Shown piece by piece: positions 38,201 to 43,787 of a stretch of DNA of 43,787 nt (positions within the stretch are counted from its first letter, which is position 1; every line of letters starts with the position of its first letter). The position numbers and the translations under genes are program-made. Source of the stretch: Perkinsus chesapeaki ATCC PRA-425 (Eukaryota > Protista > Perkinsozoa); contig JAAPAO010000279.1 of assembly GCA_013115145.1 (NCBI GenBank), positions 1 through 43,787 of the forward strand, given 5' to 3'. Below the pieces are notes generated by a model. It ran no database searches. It was given only the letters and a program-made list of their open reading frames with translations, and was not told the DNA's origin.

Positions 38201-39009
38201 AACAATACTATTCGGAACAGATACCGCGGGGAAAAACCGCCAAAATTTTCCCCCAAAGAAAGGAACTATTTCCTCATATCAACCGAATCGTTATGGAATT
38301 ACAATTAACCTTCCCAGTCGATTATATTCAATCACATGATTTTTCCCGCGCATTTCCTACCTCATTTTCCCACGGAAAATTCCATAAATTTCGGCAGCTC
38401 AGGTGAAATTTCCCGCAAAAAACGGAAAGAATGAATTTTCTCCAATACGCAGTGAACTCAAAAGATTCGCCATAAAAAATAACATTTTTTCACATATTTT
38501 GCTGAGGAGGTTGCGACCGTTCGACAGGTACGCGTCCGCATTCTGCGGCTAAGTCAAAACTGTGGATCGCTTTCAGGTCCTCAACTTCCCTGAAAATAAA
38601 CGATGAAATCCAGCAAACCGGGGAGTTGTGGAGAGAAGTATTCATGACATTGTATTGCCATCTTTACACAACTCGTACAAATTTCGCAACTCTTCCTGAT
38701 CGTTTAGTTGCCCTTCCTGGAGTTTGCCTAATAAAGTTGGACTCCAATTTCGCTTGCTGAAGCAATGCTCAGACAGCTCGTAACATGATCGAGTCGTAAA
38801 AGCATTCGCTCATTCCTCTTTTTGGGAAGATCTTTCTGAAGGAATCGAGTGCCATAAACCGGACAGTTCGCTTTGGACTGGAGGTGAGCATTCCCGGACA
38901 TTTAAACCACAATCGATCGAACGCCCATCCGAAATATAGCATTGAGCAACTTCAACTTCACTGTAATTTCCGTCGCCATAGATTTTCGGTCCATTTCCAA
39001 TCGCCTTTA

Positions 39010-41200
39010 TAACCTTTTCATTTCCTCCGCTTCTTCCATTTTCCCCAACTTCTTCAGTATTTCAGATTGCATCATCAACGCTTTGATCGTTTCCGGATGA
39101 TTCCTCCCAAGAGTTCTCGTTCGGATATCCACACATATCCTAAAGCAATATTAACCCCAACCACGAAAACCTCGCTTCTACCTAAGATTCTTTTCGGCCT
39201 CAAGGGCTTTTCCAGCCGCATTTTGTGTGTGCCCCAACTGCAAGTAGGCCATCGCCGTATTAGGGTGTTCATGACCGAGCACTTTTTCTACCAAGAAAGT
39301 ATTAAAACGCCAACTTAGGAATGACTAAAGATTTTCTCCCCAATGTGTTCCAAACCAAAGTCAAACCTCACCTCCGATACGCCCGGACCATCATTCGACA
39401 CACTTGTTAATACCCAGTACTGAAATTATTGATAACTATGAGATTGCTAACATATCAAAGTTCATGTCGATAATTAAAACGACGAACACATTAGACTTTT
39501 ATGGAAAAGGCCATCTCGGGAAGGTTCTCGAGCTAAGCCCGAAGAGCCGATATGTTCACCAAATATACATGACCAGCTATTATGGAAAGGATTCAGCACC
39601 ATAACCCCAACCGCTACATTGATACATCAGCGATGCGAACCGAACTACCGATTGGTTCATGTAATTGCGGAAAAGTAATACGTTCATTAAAACAGTACTA
39701 TGGACGGACTCCACCATAAATTTAAGTCATTCCCAATGATCACCTGCATGTTCGACACATTTGATAAATAATTCTTCTGCCTCCCCCAGTTTATCCTCCC
39801 CCTGATTTGCTACAATCGATGCGAGAACCTGCAAACAGCTCATGGGAAAGCCCCTCCCTGCCGCATAACTTCCGCATCAGCCGTTCTCGGTTGGAAGATA
39901 CGCGAAATTTTCAGGAAAAATTATCTTCGCCACAAAGGGGCAATATGCATACCTAATAGAGATGATTTTGCAAAAATGAGAGACGGCCATAAATCAAAGC
40001 AAAAATAATGGAGAGATAGTCTCCAAATGAGAAAGTCACCCACTTCCCTGAAGCTGGATAATAGAGACCGAATGAGGATAGGTGTCAAATGACACCGAAA
40101 GATACTGAGAATGTCTATATTTTATTTTAAGGACTATTTTTTATATCTATAAGTAATACAATATATATCAGTTCGTATCAAATAAAAAACATTAATAAGA
40201 TGTATTTTCATCGGGGTAGCCGCCTACACCCCATCGAGTTCTTTTCCAAAGTCCCCCTGTATTACATTCATCGTTACTCCAACCTCCGAAGAATCTTTAC
40301 CAAAGAGCTCCTCTCGTATCTTCAAGCACTCCTTTAACATCAACTCCGCCTCAGTAAATTTATGTTGTTTCTCCAGCACCTGAAATAACTCACTGCTCCA
40401 CAACACCACTAATACTTTCGATGCTTCTTAAACGTTGTAAATCTCAACACATTAACATTCAGATGGCACTTATTTCGAATCCGCGTGTCATTTGCTCACG
40501 TTCGGTCTGAACTCATCTGATTATAACTTTCACCCCTTTATTATATAACTGAATCTCCCAATTGTTATTTACAGTTTAATATCAAATTAGGTTTAATATT
40601 GAGTTATAATAAACAACAGAGTGACGTCCAACTCCGAATCCCTATTTAATAGTAACTTCAATTTACTCTAGGTGTCCCCTTTTCTATAATATCTCCTTCA
40701 TGTTAGCTTCCATAACTCCAAACTAGTTGAACAATCGAAAAGTTATCGATGAATCCTTCATGATAAAATCCATGATGACCGTCTCAAGGTTCTCAGTCAA
40801 TAAGGGCAAATCCCATTATCCCCGTTATTGTCTCTGTCCGCTGCTTAAAGTGGGAATCCTATTCTTCCCTATTTGGCCATTATTAATCATCTTATCTTTC
40901 AACTATGACCATTCCCTATATTTTTTAATATTATTCCAGCATATTACTCTCCTCCCCTTAAATTTGATCTTTCCCCTGCGGCTTTGAGCCGATCTAATAG
41001 CTCGTAAAAATCCCCCTAAGTTTCCGCAACCTTCATTATTACTATTCCAAGCATCATTAAACATTGTGCAGTCTCCTTATGACCTTCCCCAAAATCTTCC
41101 TTTACTTCATTAAATATTTCCTTTAACACCTTTTCAGCTTCCTCTAATTTGTTATCTCGTATGAGACACAGTGCCTGACATAGTCGATCATTTCCCTTTA
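39010..41200 (-). CDS. Tetratricopeptide-repeat protein, kinesin-light-chain-type (TPR_10/12) repeats; multi-exon, ends approximate
   Basis: Exons give NKLEEAEKVLKEIFNEVKEDFGEGHKETAQCLMMLG; LEKQHKFTEAELMLKECLKIREELFGKDSSEVG; DKLGEAEELFIKCVE; EKVLGHEHPNTAMAYLQLG; RTRTLGRNHPETIKALMMQSEILKKLGKMEEAEEM. Confidence 0.8.
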
Positions 41201-41655
41201 AAAAAATTCAAGTCCAAGCCACCCTTAACGGTTCTCGAAGAGCTAATTTTTGATAGGAATTTCAACTTGTATTTGAGATAGCATTTAATACTAAGAATCA
41301 TATATTTGTAAAGTAGTAAGGCGCTAATATGGAGATATTACATTGTTATAAAGATCATCTCTGGAATTAGCCATATGACACTCAATCAACCTATATTGAA
41401 TCTTTATGATATCGGCCCATTTGTAGAGCCAAAATTCCGTCTATCACCAAACAAACAACAACGGTAACAACACAAACAATTTCGTGGCGCGTGACTCATC
41501 GAGATTTCATCACTAACCACTGAATCGGTCAATTATCGTCGAAGTCGAGTTTCAGTTCTGGAATGCTCTCATTTAAATGAATTATTATTTAGATCATAAG
41601 TTAGTTCAATTATCATCTTTCCCATACCGATTTTTCCGAAAGTTTTCTGATTTTT

Positions 41656-43200
41656 ATGCCCCCACGTTCCCGTAAAAACACCCCTAAGCCGACGTCGGTT
41701 CGCCCCACTGCTAAAGCCTCTGCTCGTAGACGTTCCAGAAGCGCTCCTAGAACCCCCAAAGCCGTGGTCAATGAATCAACCTCTGAAGTATCCAAAACGG
41801 TCAAAGATTCTTCAGAGGTTAACTCGGACAAGTCTCTTGGCTGGCTCGGCAGGAGCCTCTTGTTTGTGGCATTGATCTCGTTTTGGTTCTTTCAACGAGA
41901 GAATATGATACCGCTGAGATATCGATTACCAAGAGCTATTCGGGGCGTTAAAGAATTCACAGATAACCCTTGCAAGGATTCCTATGATGATCAGGTAAGA
42001 CAAATCGGACGACTTACGGTCTCAAAAAATTATATCTTGACCGGTTCTGGTACGGGAAATTTGCGGTTTACCACTTTTTTATAGGAAAAATGGGTTTTGT
42101 TTTAGTTCTTTCTAGCAGAATCTAAAAAGAGCGAGAAATCCGTATTCCCGATCCATGAGAACTACTTCCAAATTTGATACAGTACAGTGTCTGGTTGATT
42201 CGGTAAGGAATTGACAATGCTACTCGCATTGCCGGGAATAGGATGGCGAGAACGTGGGAAACTTATTGCGTAAGATTCAAGGTTTTCTTGGAATTTTCTA
42301 CGTGGATGGTTTGTGCTCTTCAGTTGATCCAGTCTTGGGTCGACGCTCATCTCGCTCCAGCAAGAGAATATCGATTAAATCATCCCGTACAAGATAGGCC
42401 ACAAATGATCCTCCTTCTAGGGGGACCAGGAGCAGGAAAAGGTACGTCAAGATTAAGCGCAATGCGGAGTACCGGGCTATCAGTCTTAACCACTAGCAAA
42501 TCTGACGTCCGGTGACCCAACCACGGAACAGAGAGTTTTCTAGTGCGTTGTCTGTCAGAACTCATTTTAAATAGGTACGCTGTTGCGGAAGTGGCAAGAA
42601 GCTGGGGGGATGCGCGATGCGTTCACTCTGATCGGCCTGGATGAGTTCTTAGAGTTCGTTCCCGAGTTCAATGCCACTGCCAGTGACAAGTATTTTGTCT
42701 ATGAAGACGCGGCAAGTGATTCCTGCTATAAACCAGCAATAAGGGGAGCGAAAATGGCTAATAAAATTGCTGTTGATGAGAAGCTGAATGTTATTTACGA
42801 GGATACAGGAAAGGATATTACTCGACTTGTTGAGAGAGTTTTACCTCCCTATAAGGGGGCTGGTTACCGCATCACCATTGTCTTGGTGCATAACGAACCA
42901 GACATTGCAATACAAAGAGCATTTATGCGGTTCCTTGGTGATGGTCGTTTGGCTGATGATAACTATGTTAAGAAGTCATTCAGAAATGTCGATGATAATT
43001 ATTATATTGTTCGGAATATGCCCGGAATCGACGAGGCTATTTACTGCGATAACACATGCCGGTTTGGTCGACCGTTCATAAGTCACACTGCCGCTGGCTC
43101 TGTTCCTGAGGGTTGTCTGAGGTGTAAATCTGATGGAGGAGATGATAGACCAGTTGAACTGTTCGAGCCTTTGTTGAGGATAACTGATACATTGCCTTGA
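41656..43200 (+). CDS. Zeta-toxin-like (PF06414/AAA_33-type) P-loop kinase with a Lys/Arg/Ser-rich N-terminus and one TM helix; join(41656..41994,42119..42202,42324..42441,42575..43200), ~388 aa
   Basis: TM segment SLLFVALISFWFF; Walker A LLLGGPGAGK|GT; IGLDEFLEFVPEF; NVIYEDTG; YKGAGYRITIVLVHNEPDIAIQRAFMRF...GR. Three GT-AG introns restore a single frame. Confidence 0.75.
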
Positions 43201-43452
43201 TTACTGTTCGTTGAGTTCGCCACTTCTAGGAATGCCGAAGGAAAATTTGTCAATGAGCGTTCTGCTATCTTTGATGACAAGAAATTTACCGGTGAGTAAC
43301 GCGCTTAAAAACGGACCAACCACGACGTTTGTGACGCATTGTAGCAAAAGGTCCTCTTGAAGAGGATAACCGCAACCTTGGGATAGAATGCTTCCTTCTT
43401 CTGCGCACACGATGAATGGAGAAAGTAATGCATACTCGGTTGAAATAAGTTC
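43201..43452 (-). CDS. 3' exon of an unidentified gene that probably starts beyond the window
   Basis: Open frame ELISTEYALLSPFIVCAEEG...GELNEQ* after an AG. No family recognised. Confidence 0.3.
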   Translation of the reverse strand, partial: ELISTEYALLSPFIVCAEEGSILSQGCGYPLQEDLLLQCVTNVVVGPFLSALLTGKFLVIKDSRTLIDKFSFGIPRSGELNEQ

Positions 43453-43787
43453 CTAGATGAGTCCCGTGACGGGTTTAATATCGTTAGTTACGATTAGTTA
43501 CCGATCCGAAAACGACAGGGTATGCTTTGTTACCCAACAAAAGGCTTTTTTGTGAGATCGATTTCTGTCGTCGAATCGGCGCCATCGGTCCATTTAAAGT
43601 TTAAATTTTAAACTTGACGGGGCCGCACTCAAGGGTCGCTGTACCGTGTGTGATCTCCATAAGTGGTCCATCCCGCGCAACGAGAGACCTGCGAGCTTTG
43701 ATCGTATCGGTATCTCATAATCTTTCTCCGATCCCATTAGTTAATACATCAAATATTGTATAAGAAGAGTATATGAATATATTTACT

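Noticed and set aside
16302-43200. Functional link between the nucleotide-sugar transporter and the zeta-like (UDP-sugar) kinase
   Set aside because: They are ~23 kb apart with unrelated genes between them; there is no evidence of a shared system.
1-43787. Perkinsid/dinoflagellate spliced-leader relic (CCGTAGCCAT(C/T)TTGGCTCAAG) and transposase or reverse-transcriptase genes
   Set aside because: Not seen on either strand by eye. An exact search would be needed to exclude degenerate copies.

Overview
Eukaryotic, gene-dense protist DNA with many short (about 40-55 nt) spliceosomal introns. Gene content and intron style suggest a Perkinsus-like alveolate (inference, not verified). I reconstructed exons by hand because the ORF track misses most spliced genes. 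Left to right: two tandem full-length ABCB1/P-glycoprotein genes (- strand, three equivalent introns each); a 100-N gap; a class IIA HAD hydrolase (CECR5/HDHD5-like, -); two single-CCCH zinc-finger genes (+); an SLC35A-like nucleotide-sugar transporter (+); a PAN/apple protein (+); an EF-hand + WD40 gene (-); a ~9 kb multi-exon gene matching the N-terminal tail and linker of an inner-arm (DNAH6-like) dynein heavy chain, with no motor domain visible (-); a TBC Rab-GAP with a PH-like segment (-); a kinesin-light-chain-type TPR gene (-); and a membrane-anchored zeta-toxin-like P-loop kinase (+). The most notable observations are the apparently motor-less dynein heavy chain, patchwork homogenisation of the ABCB paralogues, and the spliced, membrane-anchored zeta-toxin-like kinase. 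I found no autonomous mobile element, rRNA, intact tRNA or CRISPR array. All family assignments rest on motifs recognised by eye, not on database searches.
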